Below the pieces are notes generated by a model that saw only the letters and a list, made by a program, of their open reading frames with translations, was not told the DNA's origin and did no database searches. From NCBI GenBank assembly GCA_964631415.1, contig CAZVZC010000019.1, positions 1 through 36,026 on the forward strand: 36,026 nucleotides of DNA, given 5' to 3'. Of this stretch, positions 18,331-27,108 are shown one piece after another. The DNA is from an uncultured archaeon. GTDB lineage: Archaea > Asgardarchaeota > Thorarchaeia > Thorarchaeales > Thorarchaeaceae. Position 1 is the first letter of the stretch. Each line of letters opens with the position of its first letter. Made by a program: the position numbers and the translations under genes.

Positions 18331-18346
18331 AACGGCACCTCAACGT

Positions 18347-19417
18347 TCAGCGTCCCATTATTCTCGCTAGCCTGTCATGGCTCTTCTTGGCCCTAAGAAG
18401 CCTTGTGAGCCTGTCCTCAGGCGTACCGCCCAGTAGGAAAGGATACTGAGTCAAGAAACTGCGTTCGTTAGAGGACAGCGGGAGTCCCGCGTTGAGTGAT
18501 TCTATGACTCGCTGTGTCTTTGCGAAGTCTTCTCCGACCGCCATCAAGTATAGCTGATCCAGAAAGCTATCCGGATAGACCTCGGCTACTCTTCCCACCT
18601 CTGGAGCTCTCTCACTCTCGAGTCTGTCTACTGTGGACCTGATAAACCCCTTCTTTCCTACAGGCAGCACTCCGCTCTGACGAATGAGCTGCTCAAGCTT
18701 TTCCGCGCTGACTTGCCCCTGACCTTCTGGCTGTGTCATCAACAGGCTGACCGCAAGATGCTTCACGTCTGTGAAACTCCAGCCCTCCGTCATCTCTGCT
18801 ACTACAGCTGTGTCAATGTCCGTTCTACCCTTCAGGACTTGCTCCAAGACCCTGACCCGATCCGTGCTAATGGCTGATTCGAACAGGTATGCCCTATCGA
18901 ACACCGAGAGTATCCCTGGGTCAACTCTCGTCGGAAACGTAGAGGACGCGACAACCAATACATCATCCTTGTCCCAGCTTACATGCTCAAGTTCGCTCTG
19001 CAGGACTGCTGCTTCGGGCGTGTCCTTGGGCCCCAGCATCTCCAATCTTTCGAGGAACACGAGGCTCGGAGCGTTTCTGCGTGCAAATTCGACAATGATC
19101 CTGATTGACTCAATAGTGAGCGCGGAGTTGCCCAGAATCTCCGCCAGCCTGAATCGAATGATCTTGATGGGCATCTCAATCGCGACGTGATTGACGAATG
19201 CCTCGAAGTCAGTACCCAGACTGCCAATCAGGACCACTCGCCCTCCGAACTCAATTGGCCTCTCCTCCAGTTCGGGCTTTTGGCTGGCTTGCCTTCTGAT
19301 GACAGCGAGAAAGTCGGCGGCTCTCTCTCTGACAGAGGATTGGCTGATTCTGTTTGCCAGTATCTCCTCGGGCATCACAAGCTGTAGGGTTTCTGCGTGG
19401 CTTTCCTCGTCACCCAT
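18347..19417 (-). CDS. Classical-clade AAA+ (Cdc48/Vps4/PAN-like) homolog with inactivated ATPase motifs
   Basis: FARRNAPSLVFL, VLVVASST.P..VDPGIL..FDR and AEMTEGWSFTDV match the AAA fold. Walker A is GSLGTDFE and Walker B is FLERLE. Start probably ATG 19417 (or 19465), not 19570. Confidence 0.75.
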   Translation of the reverse strand: MGDEESHAETLQLVMPEEILANRISQSSVRERAADFLAVIRRQASQKPELEERPIEFGGRVVLIGSLGTDFEAFVNHVAIEMPIKIIRFRLAEILGNSALTIESIRIIVEFARRNAPSLVFLERLEMLGPKDTPEAAVLQSELEHVSWDKDDVLVVASSTFPTRVDPGILSVFDRAYLFESAISTDRVRVLEQVLKGRTDIDTAVVAEMTEGWSFTDVKHLAVSLLMTQPEGQGQVSAEKLEQLIRQSGVLPVGKKGFIRSTVDRLESERAPEVGRVAEVYPDSFLDQLYLMAVGEDFAKTQRVIESLNAGLPLSSNERSFLTQYPFLLGGTPEDRLTRLLRAKKSHDRLARIMGR

Positions 19418-19597
19418 TTTGGGACCCCTCTTTGCGGCTGCAGTGAGGCAGCCTTGGGAAGCCATATTACCTATTCGGAGTGACAGTGATTCCGCGCCGT
19501 TCGAAGGTGCCCAACCTAGGCGCTCATATGCCATGGCGCACAAATGGCCGCAGCCAAAAGCTGCTTTCAAACAAGAGCGAGAAAGGAGACAACCCCG

Positions 19598-21310
19598 ATG
19601 AGCAGCCCCAGTGACATGCTACGTGAGCAGGTCTGGAAAACAATAACCACCGTTGAGAGCAGAGGCCTGTTCGTACACTCTGCCGATATGCCAGTGAGGT
19701 TCGTGTCTGCCAGAGGCGATAAGGAGCACACCAAGACCACAAGGGTTCCACTAATAGTTGGCACGTGCGTGCTGAACGCCCTCGTCCCAAGATCTGCCAT
19801 GCTGCTTGTAGGGGGTCACGGCGGAGGCAAAACAACCCTTGTCAAACTGCTCGGACGCATGATGACAGGCAGGAGCATAGAGGAGATAGAGGATGGAATT
19901 CTAAGGGGTCACCCTCAGCTCACAGAAGAGAAGATGGTGGCGACGCTTCGCCCCGGACCGCTCATGAAGGAAGGCCTGGAAGTCGTGGTCTGGAGGAGAT
20001 TCGTGACCGGCTTCTGGAAGATTATCGATGAGGTCAACAGGCTCACACCATACGCACAGAACATACTGCTTTCAATGCTGGCAGAGGGCGAACTGAAGTA
20101 CTATGACGAAGTCAAGAGGTGCGACGAGTACTGCCTGTACGCCACAATGAACCCATCAGACCCCGGCACCTTCGAAATGCCGGTCCCGTTCATGGACCGT
20201 TTTGGAATCGCTGTGCCAATCACAATGCCGACAATAAACGATCTGGAACTCATTCTTTCCTCTCGTGACGAACGTTTGTTCGGCTATGACGAGCTGTGGC
20301 AGGTTCCAGCAATCCTCGGCGAAGAGGATCTGCTGACCATATGGAGCATTGTCGACAAGATGCCTGTTTCGTCCAGGGCATCAGAGTTCATACGTGCTCT
20401 TGTTCGTGAGTTCGATGCATGCATCCGTACGGACAAGAGCCAGGCACAAGACATGACTGTCGAGTCAGGCCTTTGCGAGGGATGTCATTTCAACACTGCG
20501 AAGAGCATATGCAACAAGGTGGTCATCCCTCTAAGCGTGAGAGCGGCCAAGGACCTGAACAGATACTGCAAGGCTGCCGCGTGGCTAGTTGGGGCTTCCG
20601 AGGTCGATGTTGAGACTGTGAAGTCGATAGCCCCGCTAGTGCTCTGGCACCGCACACGACTGTCACGCAGTGAGCTCGAACGATCACCCTACTACGGCGA
20701 CCGTTTCGCCTTCACTCAAGAGATTGTCGAGCTGGCCTCAACACGGTTTGCGCAGAGGGATGCTGCTCTCAGTCTTATGGAGAAGCTCAAGCAAGGAGAT
20801 GCACCAAAGACTGCTCTCGAGGAGCTCAAAGAGATGGGGAAGAGCGACTTGCTTGTCAGAGTCGACTATGCTGTATTCGCCAAGGAACTGACGAAGTCAG
20901 CCTATGTAGACATGGTCCGCAGCATGGAGAAGGCAATGAAGAACCGTGACGTCAAGGAGCTAGTGAAGATTGAGGAACGTCTTCTCACCGAAACCGACTT
21001 CCCGAACCGAAGCATGCTGCTTAACCGGGTTTCCGAGGCGCTTCACAGGCTGACGCTATCGCAGTTCACTTTGACCTTCGAACAGTGGCAGGAGCTTTGG
21101 AGCACCATCAGCATGCGTTTTCCAAAGATGACGCCCATCTTGAAGGAGACTCTCAAACCCCCGAAGAGGAAGGTCGTGCGGACCGATGGCCTCATGCTAG
21201 TAGTGTATGTCACTGGAGACTCGCCAGAGTCAGCAGTATTCCTTGAGGTTTCGGGCGGCAGTGAAGCGATTAGTCTCTGTGAGGAGATCAAAGGGCATTT
21301 GAAGAAGTAG
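19598..21310 (+). CDS. MoxR-family AAA+ ATPase
   Basis: Walker A GGHGGGKT, Walker B IIDEVNRL, sensor ATMNP and FMDRF. AGGAG RBS before ATG 19598. Confidence 0.85.
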   Translation: MSSPSDMLREQVWKTITTVESRGLFVHSADMPVRFVSARGDKEHTKTTRVPLIVGTCVLNALVPRSAMLLVGGHGGGKTTLVKLLGRMMTGRSIEEIEDGILRGHPQLTEEKMVATLRPGPLMKEGLEVVVWRRFVTGFWKIIDEVNRLTPYAQNILLSMLAEGELKYYDEVKRCDEYCLYATMNPSDPGTFEMPVPFMDRFGIAVPITMPTINDLELILSSRDERLFGYDELWQVPAILGEEDLLTIWSIVDKMPVSSRASEFIRALVREFDACIRTDKSQAQDMTVESGLCEGCHFNTAKSICNKVVIPLSVRAAKDLNRYCKAAAWLVGASEVDVETVKSIAPLVLWHRTRLSRSELERSPYYGDRFAFTQEIVELASTRFAQRDAALSLMEKLKQGDAPKTALEELKEMGKSDLLVRVDYAVFAKELTKSAYVDMVRSMEKAMKNRDVKELVKIEERLLTETDFPNRSMLLNRVSEALHRLTLSQFTLTFEQWQELWSTISMRFPKMTPILKETLKPPKRKVVRTDGLMLVVYVTGDSPESAVFLEVSGGSEAISLCEEIKGHLKK

Positions 21311-21318
21311 GTGGTCCT

Positions 21319-23070
21319 GTGGGAATGGGTTCTGAGTATCCACCAAGGGCTGTCGGGCTGATGGAGGTCGCGGAGAGGGCTTGGATTCAAGCTCTTGGAG
21401 ACTTCTACCACCCTCCTCTTCCTGAACCGAAGGTGGAGTATGAGGATGACAAGACTAGCTACTTCTACATCGACCCCATAAGCTGGACCGTGCACCTGAA
21501 CACGGCAGGAGTTCCTCTCCATCTCGACATGAATGGTGCAGAGCCCTTTCTTCGGTCTATCTGTCAGCATGAGATTCAGCACTACTTAGTATGTCCATTT
21601 GATGGCGTGGCCCACGGCATGATGTTTGCCGCCGCCAGAATTCATGTGAATGATCCAACTGCCATGTTTGTCTGCAATCTCTTTGCAGACCTCGTTGTCG
21701 ACTCCAGTCTACTGAAGAGAGTGCCCTCGCTGACTCATGACAGAATCATGACCTCTCTGCACGACTCTTCAATGAGGACGTCGGAGCACAGTCGCCTTTG
21801 GAGCCTGATTGTGGCCTGCTACCGTCAGATGTGGGGGTTTCCCATTCCTCCAATGGTCGAGGTAGATGAGCCAACACTGACTGCTGCCCAGGCAATTGTG
21901 ACCGTGACTCATGAGTGCCTTGATGATGAGAGTCGATGGCCAAAGGCGACAAAAGAGATTGCTAGGATTCTTACCGAGTGGCAGCCTGAGGAGAAGGGTC
22001 AGCTGGCAGGCTGTGATGAGCCAGACTCATCGTCCAAGAATGGTCAGCTACTTGGGAGTCCAGTCCTTGTTCCCCTTGATGTGGATGCGATTATGGGGAG
22101 CCCGGTAGAAATCCGAAACGGGGATCGTGCAAAGCGTTGTATGAAGTCGGCGTCTGAACACGACACTGAAGAAGAAATGGGACGACTGGCAATCGAGGCA
22201 GACCAGAGAGGGGGCGGCCTCTCGGACTTACAGGGAGTGTACCTTGTTGCTGGGGTAGGATATGATCCCTACAAGTGGGTGCAGTTCTGGTATCGAGCTA
22301 AGGCAAAGGGCCTGCTGCGCTCAGAGATTCGCGAGCGGACTGTTTCAGGTGCCACGCCGCTCGCATCTCAGGTCTGGCGGCTTGGCGACCCGATCGAGGA
22401 GTTGGATCTTGTGCAGTCCCTTCAGGCCTTCCCAGTGATTGTTCCGAACATGTCAACAAGGAAATGGGTCACAACCCTCATGCATGGAACGGAAACTCTG
22501 TACTCTCCTCCTGACCTTCTCATCGTCATTGACTCAAGCGGCTCGATGACATACTCCATAACATCAAAGAGGGTTTCAGGTCCATACCACACTGCACTCG
22601 TCTCCGCATTTGCAGCCATCGATCTTGCGCTCAGATATGGCAAGCGAGTTGCGGCAATCAACTTCTCGGACGGCATTCATCAGTGTGATTGGACCAACGA
22701 TAGGAGCACAGCAGAGAGCGTCTTGCTTCAGTACCAGGGCGGCGGGACAGTCGCACCTGTGAACGCCATCGTCGAGAAATGTCGACGAGCTCAAGCCGAT
22801 GTCATGGTGCTAATGGTCACTGACGCCGAGATTCACAACTGGGAGAATCTGCTTGGGTCAGTCAGAGAGATGATCAGTCACGGACACAAGTTCTTCATGT
22901 TCCGTATCGGATCGAGAGAGAGAGCTCTGGATGAGGCAGGCCAGAGTCTGTGCAAAGCCGGAGCGATAGTCATTCCTGTCGGTTCTGCGAAGGACCTGCC
23001 CGGACTTGTGATCCGAGAGGCAAAGCGAGTCTACGTCACTGGGCAGCACAGCCCTGCGACAGCGCCATGA
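21319..23070 (+). CDS. HEXXH metallopeptidase-like plus von Willebrand A domain protein (MoxR partner)
   Basis: HEIQH followed by N...D; C-terminal MIDAS DSSGS...GGT...TDAE. Starts 8 bp after the MoxR stop. Confidence 0.85.
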   Translation: MGMGSEYPPRAVGLMEVAERAWIQALGDFYHPPLPEPKVEYEDDKTSYFYIDPISWTVHLNTAGVPLHLDMNGAEPFLRSICQHEIQHYLVCPFDGVAHGMMFAAARIHVNDPTAMFVCNLFADLVVDSSLLKRVPSLTHDRIMTSLHDSSMRTSEHSRLWSLIVACYRQMWGFPIPPMVEVDEPTLTAAQAIVTVTHECLDDESRWPKATKEIARILTEWQPEEKGQLAGCDEPDSSSKNGQLLGSPVLVPLDVDAIMGSPVEIRNGDRAKRCMKSASEHDTEEEMGRLAIEADQRGGGLSDLQGVYLVAGVGYDPYKWVQFWYRAKAKGLLRSEIRERTVSGATPLASQVWRLGDPIEELDLVQSLQAFPVIVPNMSTRKWVTTLMHGTETLYSPPDLLIVIDSSGSMTYSITSKRVSGPYHTALVSAFAAIDLALRYGKRVAAINFSDGIHQCDWTNDRSTAESVLLQYQGGGTVAPVNAIVEKCRRAQADVMVLMVTDAEIHNWENLLGSVREMISHGHKFFMFRIGSRERALDEAGQSLCKAGAIVIPVGSAKDLPGLVIREAKRVYVTGQHSPATAP

Positions 23071-23172
23071 ACCTCACTGAAGGCTGGGCACCCAAATCCT
23101 TATCTCATGCCCCAGTGCGCTGCGCGGCATCGAAGGCTCAGGCGGTGCCTGCGCTTCGAGAGGCTATGCCAG

Positions 23173-24018
23173 ATGTATGAGATCAAAGCCAAGCGGGTGC
23201 TCAACTCTTCAACGAAGATGCTGGTGTTGACGGCCCCTGATGTCACACGGGTATGCAGGCCGGGTCAGTTTGTGATTGTCCGTGCAAATGAAACTGGAGA
23301 GAGAATACCACTCACAATAGCTGACTGCGACCGCGAGAAAGGCGAAATCACGATTGTGTTTCAAGAGGTGGGTAAGTCCACGAAGCTGCTCGGAAGCCTC
23401 GAGGTCGGGCAGAGCGTTCAGGACGTTGTGGGCCCACTCGGCAAGCCAACGGATGCTGAGAAGAAGTATGGCACTGTTGTTGTCATTGGCGGAGGATGCG
23501 GTACTGCAATCTGTTATCCTGTGGCCAAGGCATTCAAGGAAGCCGGCAACTATCTCATTACGATAAATGGAGCTCGGACTGCTGATCTCCTCATCTTCAG
23601 GAGGGAGATGGAAGCGATAAGTGATGAGATGTATGAAACTACTGACGATGGCACCTGCGGTGTGCATGGTTTCGTCACGACAGTGCTCGGCGACCTGATT
23701 CAGAAGGGAAGAAAGATTGACTTGGTCTTTGCAGTCGGACCAGTGCCAATGATGAAGTTCGTGAGCAAGACAACGGAGCCAAAGAAGATTCCAACTGTTG
23801 TCAGCCTGAACAGTCTCATGGTCGATGCGACCGGTATGTGCGGTGCTTGTCGCGTAACAGTCGGTGGCCAGATGAGGTTCACTTGTGTCGACGGGCCCGA
23901 TTTCGACGGCCATCAGGTTGACTACAACGAGTTGATGGGACGGCTGAATGCCTACAGGGACCAAGAGGTCATCTCGGACGCAAGATGGTCCAAGGAACAT
24001 GGGGGCTCGAAACAATGA
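23173..24018 (+). CDS. nfnA: NADH-dependent reduced ferredoxin:NADP+ oxidoreductase small subunit (NfnA / SudB)
   Basis: PGQFVIVR..ETGERIPLTIAD, GPLG, and the 2Fe-2S motif DATGMCGACR...CVDGP. Start at ATG 23173. Confidence 0.9.
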   Translation: MYEIKAKRVLNSSTKMLVLTAPDVTRVCRPGQFVIVRANETGERIPLTIADCDREKGEITIVFQEVGKSTKLLGSLEVGQSVQDVVGPLGKPTDAEKKYGTVVVIGGGCGTAICYPVAKAFKEAGNYLITINGARTADLLIFRREMEAISDEMYETTDDGTCGVHGFVTTVLGDLIQKGRKIDLVFAVGPVPMMKFVSKTTEPKKIPTVVSLNSLMVDATGMCGACRVTVGGQMRFTCVDGPDFDGHQVDYNELMGRLNAYRDQEVISDARWSKEHGGSKQ

Positions 24019-25430
24019 GCGAGAAGAAGCAGAGGAAGCCTCCCACCAAGAAAGTGCCCATGCGCGAACAGGAACCTCTCAAGAGACGCAGGAACTTCAA
24101 CGAGGTCGCGCTTGGATACTCTGAGAAGGAGGCGCTCGCTGAGGCCGAGAAGTGCATGCAGTGCCGAAACCCCAAGTGCGTGTCTGGATGTCCTGTGGAG
24201 GTGCCCATCAGGGAGTTCATTGCATTGGTCCGTGAGCGTGACTACATGGCCGCAGCTGCGAAGATTAAGGAAACTAACAGCCTTCCGGCAATATGTGGAC
24301 GAGTGTGTCCCCAGGAAACGCAGTGTGAGCACACATGCATATACGGGACCCGAAATGAGCCCATAGCCATTGGCAGACTCGAACGCTTCGTCGCTGACTA
24401 TGCGAGAGAACACAAGGAGCCCCTACCGCCTATCACGCCAAAGAATGGAAAGAGAGTCGCTATTGTAGGTTCAGGGCCTGCAGGTCTCACCTGTGCAGGA
24501 AACCTCGTGAAAATGGGCTATGATGTCTCGATACTTGAGGCCTTCCACAAGCCCGGAGGTGTTCTGATGTACGGGATTCCCGAGTTCAGACTGCCCAAGG
24601 CGATTGTAGAGGCCGAAGTCGAATTCCTCCGCAGGATGGGTGTGACAATCAAGTACGACTATGTCATAGGCAAGACGAGGACTATCCATCAGCTCATGGA
24701 AGAGGATAGATATGATGCAGTGTTCATTGGCACAGGTGCCGGTGCTCCCGTCTTCATGAAAATTCCCGGTGAGAGTCTAGTCACTGTCTTCTCTGCGAAT
24801 GAGTTCCTGACCCGAGTCAATCTTATGAAAGCTTACAAGTTCCCAGAGTATGACACTCCTGTCAGAATTGGTGACAGAGTTGCAGTCGTAGGGGGCGGCA
24901 ACGTAGCCATGGACGCTGCACGAACTGCTCTCCGGCTCGGTGCCTCCGAAGTCCATATCGTGTATCGCAGATCCAAAGACGAAATGCCTGCCCGGCACGA
25001 AGAGCTGGTACACGCCGAGGAGGAAGGTATCAAGTTCGACTACCTTGTGAACCCGGTGGAGATACTTGGAGATGACAAGAGCAAGGCAGTTGGGATGGCG
25101 TGCATCAGGATGGAGCTCGGAGAGCCGGATGAATCCGGCAGGAAGCGACCCGTGCCAGTCCCTGACTCAAGGTTCGTGATGGATGTTGACATGGTAGTCA
25201 TGGCCATCGGGACTGCCTCGAACCCGATAGTGCCCACATCAACCCCCGGTCTCGAACTGACCAAGTGGGGCTACATTGTCACAGATGAGAAGACAGGCAT
25301 GACCTCCATCCCGGGAGTCTTCGCAGGAGGTGACATCGTCACCGGTTCTGCGACAGTGATCAGCGCGATGGGCGCAGGCAAACGTGCGGCACGTGGGATT
25401 CATGAGTACCTGACTGCAAAGCCAGCCTAG
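24015..25430 (+). CDS. nfnB: Nfn large subunit (NfnB / SudA, GltD-like)
   Basis: CxxCxxxxCxxxCP, CGRVCP..QCE..C, GSGPAG, GGGNVAMD and FAGGD. ATGA overlap with the upstream gene. Confidence 0.9.
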   Translation: MSEKKQRKPPTKKVPMREQEPLKRRRNFNEVALGYSEKEALAEAEKCMQCRNPKCVSGCPVEVPIREFIALVRERDYMAAAAKIKETNSLPAICGRVCPQETQCEHTCIYGTRNEPIAIGRLERFVADYAREHKEPLPPITPKNGKRVAIVGSGPAGLTCAGNLVKMGYDVSILEAFHKPGGVLMYGIPEFRLPKAIVEAEVEFLRRMGVTIKYDYVIGKTRTIHQLMEEDRYDAVFIGTGAGAPVFMKIPGESLVTVFSANEFLTRVNLMKAYKFPEYDTPVRIGDRVAVVGGGNVAMDAARTALRLGASEVHIVYRRSKDEMPARHEELVHAEEEGIKFDYLVNPVEILGDDKSKAVGMACIRMELGEPDESGRKRPVPVPDSRFVMDVDMVVMAIGTASNPIVPTSTPGLELTKWGYIVTDEKTGMTSIPGVFAGGDIVTGSATVISAMGAGKRAARGIHEYLTAKPA

Positions 25431-25592
25431 TTTCTGTTAGTTCACCGAGCGTGGCTCATGGTGTGGGTACTCGCGGACATTAGCTTCTTGAGCATCATGC
25501 ATGTCCAAGATGGCCTACTGTTTCTAAATGAACTGCTTGAAAGAGTTCTTTAGTCCGTTGGGAGTGTGGAGTGACGTGCTGTGTGGTGTGCA

Positions 25593-27107
25593 ATGCGGCA
25601 GAATCCAATCTCCACAGAAGAAATGCGTATACTTGAGTTGAACGCGGACTATCTTGGTGTCACATTGGGCATGCTAATGCAGAGTGCTGGCAGGGAGGTG
25701 GCAGCAGTTGTCGAGGCAAAGGAGCATGTCAAAGGCAAACGTGTTGTGGTAGTGTGCGGCACGGGTGGTAACGGTGGCGATGGTATGGTCGCTGCGAGGT
25801 ATCTGTATGGAGCTGGTGCCAATGTTGAAGTGTGCTTGACGGGAAGTGAGGAAAGCATCTCGAGTCCTGACACATTGGTGAATTGGAGGATACTGAAGAA
25901 CATCCGAGGAATTAGCGTATCGTTTCTGAGGTCTGAGTCTGATGTGAAGTCCTGCAAGGCCATCACACATGCTGACGTTCTAGTCGACGCCATGCTCGGC
26001 GTTGGACTCGGAAGTCAGATACGCGAACCGATGGCGACTGCCGTGAAGGTGTTCAACAACTCCAAGGCCAGGAAGTACTCGGTTGACATTCCCACTGGCA
26101 TCGACTCAGACAGCGGTGACGTGCGTGGCGATGCTGTCAAGGCCGACGTCACAATCACTCTGCACGCTCCTAAACCGGGGCTTCTGATTGCGACAGAGTA
26201 CGTTGGCGAGTTGCGAGTGGCAGACATCGGTATTCCCAGAGATGCAGAATCGGTGTGCGGCACGGGTGACCTATGGTTGTACACTCGCCCAAGAAAGCCA
26301 ACGGCTCACAAGGGTGACTTCGGCAGAATACTTGTGATAGGTGGTAGTGACGTCTTCTCAGGTGCTCCAGCTCTGACTGCAATGGCTGCACTCAGGACTG
26401 GCGCAGACCTGGTTTCAGTACTCGCGCCCGAGCCTGTTTTTCAAGTGATACGTAGCTACAGTCCCAACTTGATGGTGCGGAGTCTGGGCACTCAGGTACT
26501 TGTGCCCGATTGCCTTGGCTTGGTTCAGGAAGCTGCACAGAACTGTGACGTGGTCGCCATCGGGCCAGGACTGGGCCAGAGCAAGGAAACTCTGAGTGCT
26601 GCTTGCTCAATAGTGGAAGCATTGGTTTCTGATCACAAGCTCCTGGTCGTGGATGCTGACGGCCTGAAGGCACTTGGCGCATCTGACTTGAAACTCGATC
26701 CGGAGAGATGCGTGGTGACACCGCACTGGGGCGAGCTCAAGATTCTGATGGGGAAGGAGATGGGTGATTATGACGATCCGGACAACAGAATCCAGAGAGC
26801 AGTCCAGGGGTCAGCGAAGTTCAACACTGTCGTTCTCCTCAAAGGAGCCGTAGATGTTGTGACATACCCCAATGGACGCTACAAGCTGAACTACACCGGG
26901 GTTCCCGCTATGACAGTGGGTGGAACAGGCGATGTCCTGACCGGGATTGTGGCCGCGATGCTATCACGTGGTCACGGTGCATTCAAGGCAGCATGTGCAG
27001 CCGCATTCGTTTCCGGACTTGCGGGTGAGTGTGCTTTCAGGGAGCTCGGAAATCACATCATGGCTACCGACTGCATTGCCAAGATACCTGACGTAATGAA
27101 GTCGTAA
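25593..27107 (+). CDS. nnr: Bifunctional NAD(P)H-hydrate epimerase/dehydratase
   Basis: YjeF_N motifs G.GGNGGDG and VDIPTG; kinase-fold motifs HKGDFG, GPGLG, VDADG, TPH.GE and GGTGDVL. Confidence 0.93.
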   Translation: MRQNPISTEEMRILELNADYLGVTLGMLMQSAGREVAAVVEAKEHVKGKRVVVVCGTGGNGGDGMVAARYLYGAGANVEVCLTGSEESISSPDTLVNWRILKNIRGISVSFLRSESDVKSCKAITHADVLVDAMLGVGLGSQIREPMATAVKVFNNSKARKYSVDIPTGIDSDSGDVRGDAVKADVTITLHAPKPGLLIATEYVGELRVADIGIPRDAESVCGTGDLWLYTRPRKPTAHKGDFGRILVIGGSDVFSGAPALTAMAALRTGADLVSVLAPEPVFQVIRSYSPNLMVRSLGTQVLVPDCLGLVQEAAQNCDVVAIGPGLGQSKETLSAACSIVEALVSDHKLLVVDADGLKALGASDLKLDPERCVVTPHWGELKILMGKEMGDYDDPDNRIQRAVQGSAKFNTVVLLKGAVDVVTYPNGRYKLNYTGVPAMTVGGTGDVLTGIVAAMLSRGHGAFKAACAAAFVSGLAGECAFRELGNHIMATDCIAKIPDVMKS

Positions 27108-27108
27108 C

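Noticed and set aside
19418-19597. Overlapping N-terminal extensions of the AAA-like (to 19570) and MoxR (from 19544) ORFs
   Set aside because: Downstream ATGs (19417; 19598 with AGGAG) fit better and leave a divergent promoter region.
23209-24015. Long antisense ORFs (268 aa here, 233 aa at 2120-2821, and others)
   Set aside because: Shadow frames of well-supported genes on the opposite strand.
23985-25430. Glutamate synthase small subunit (gltD)
   Set aside because: No gltB is nearby, and translational coupling to an NfnA/SudB gene indicates Nfn.
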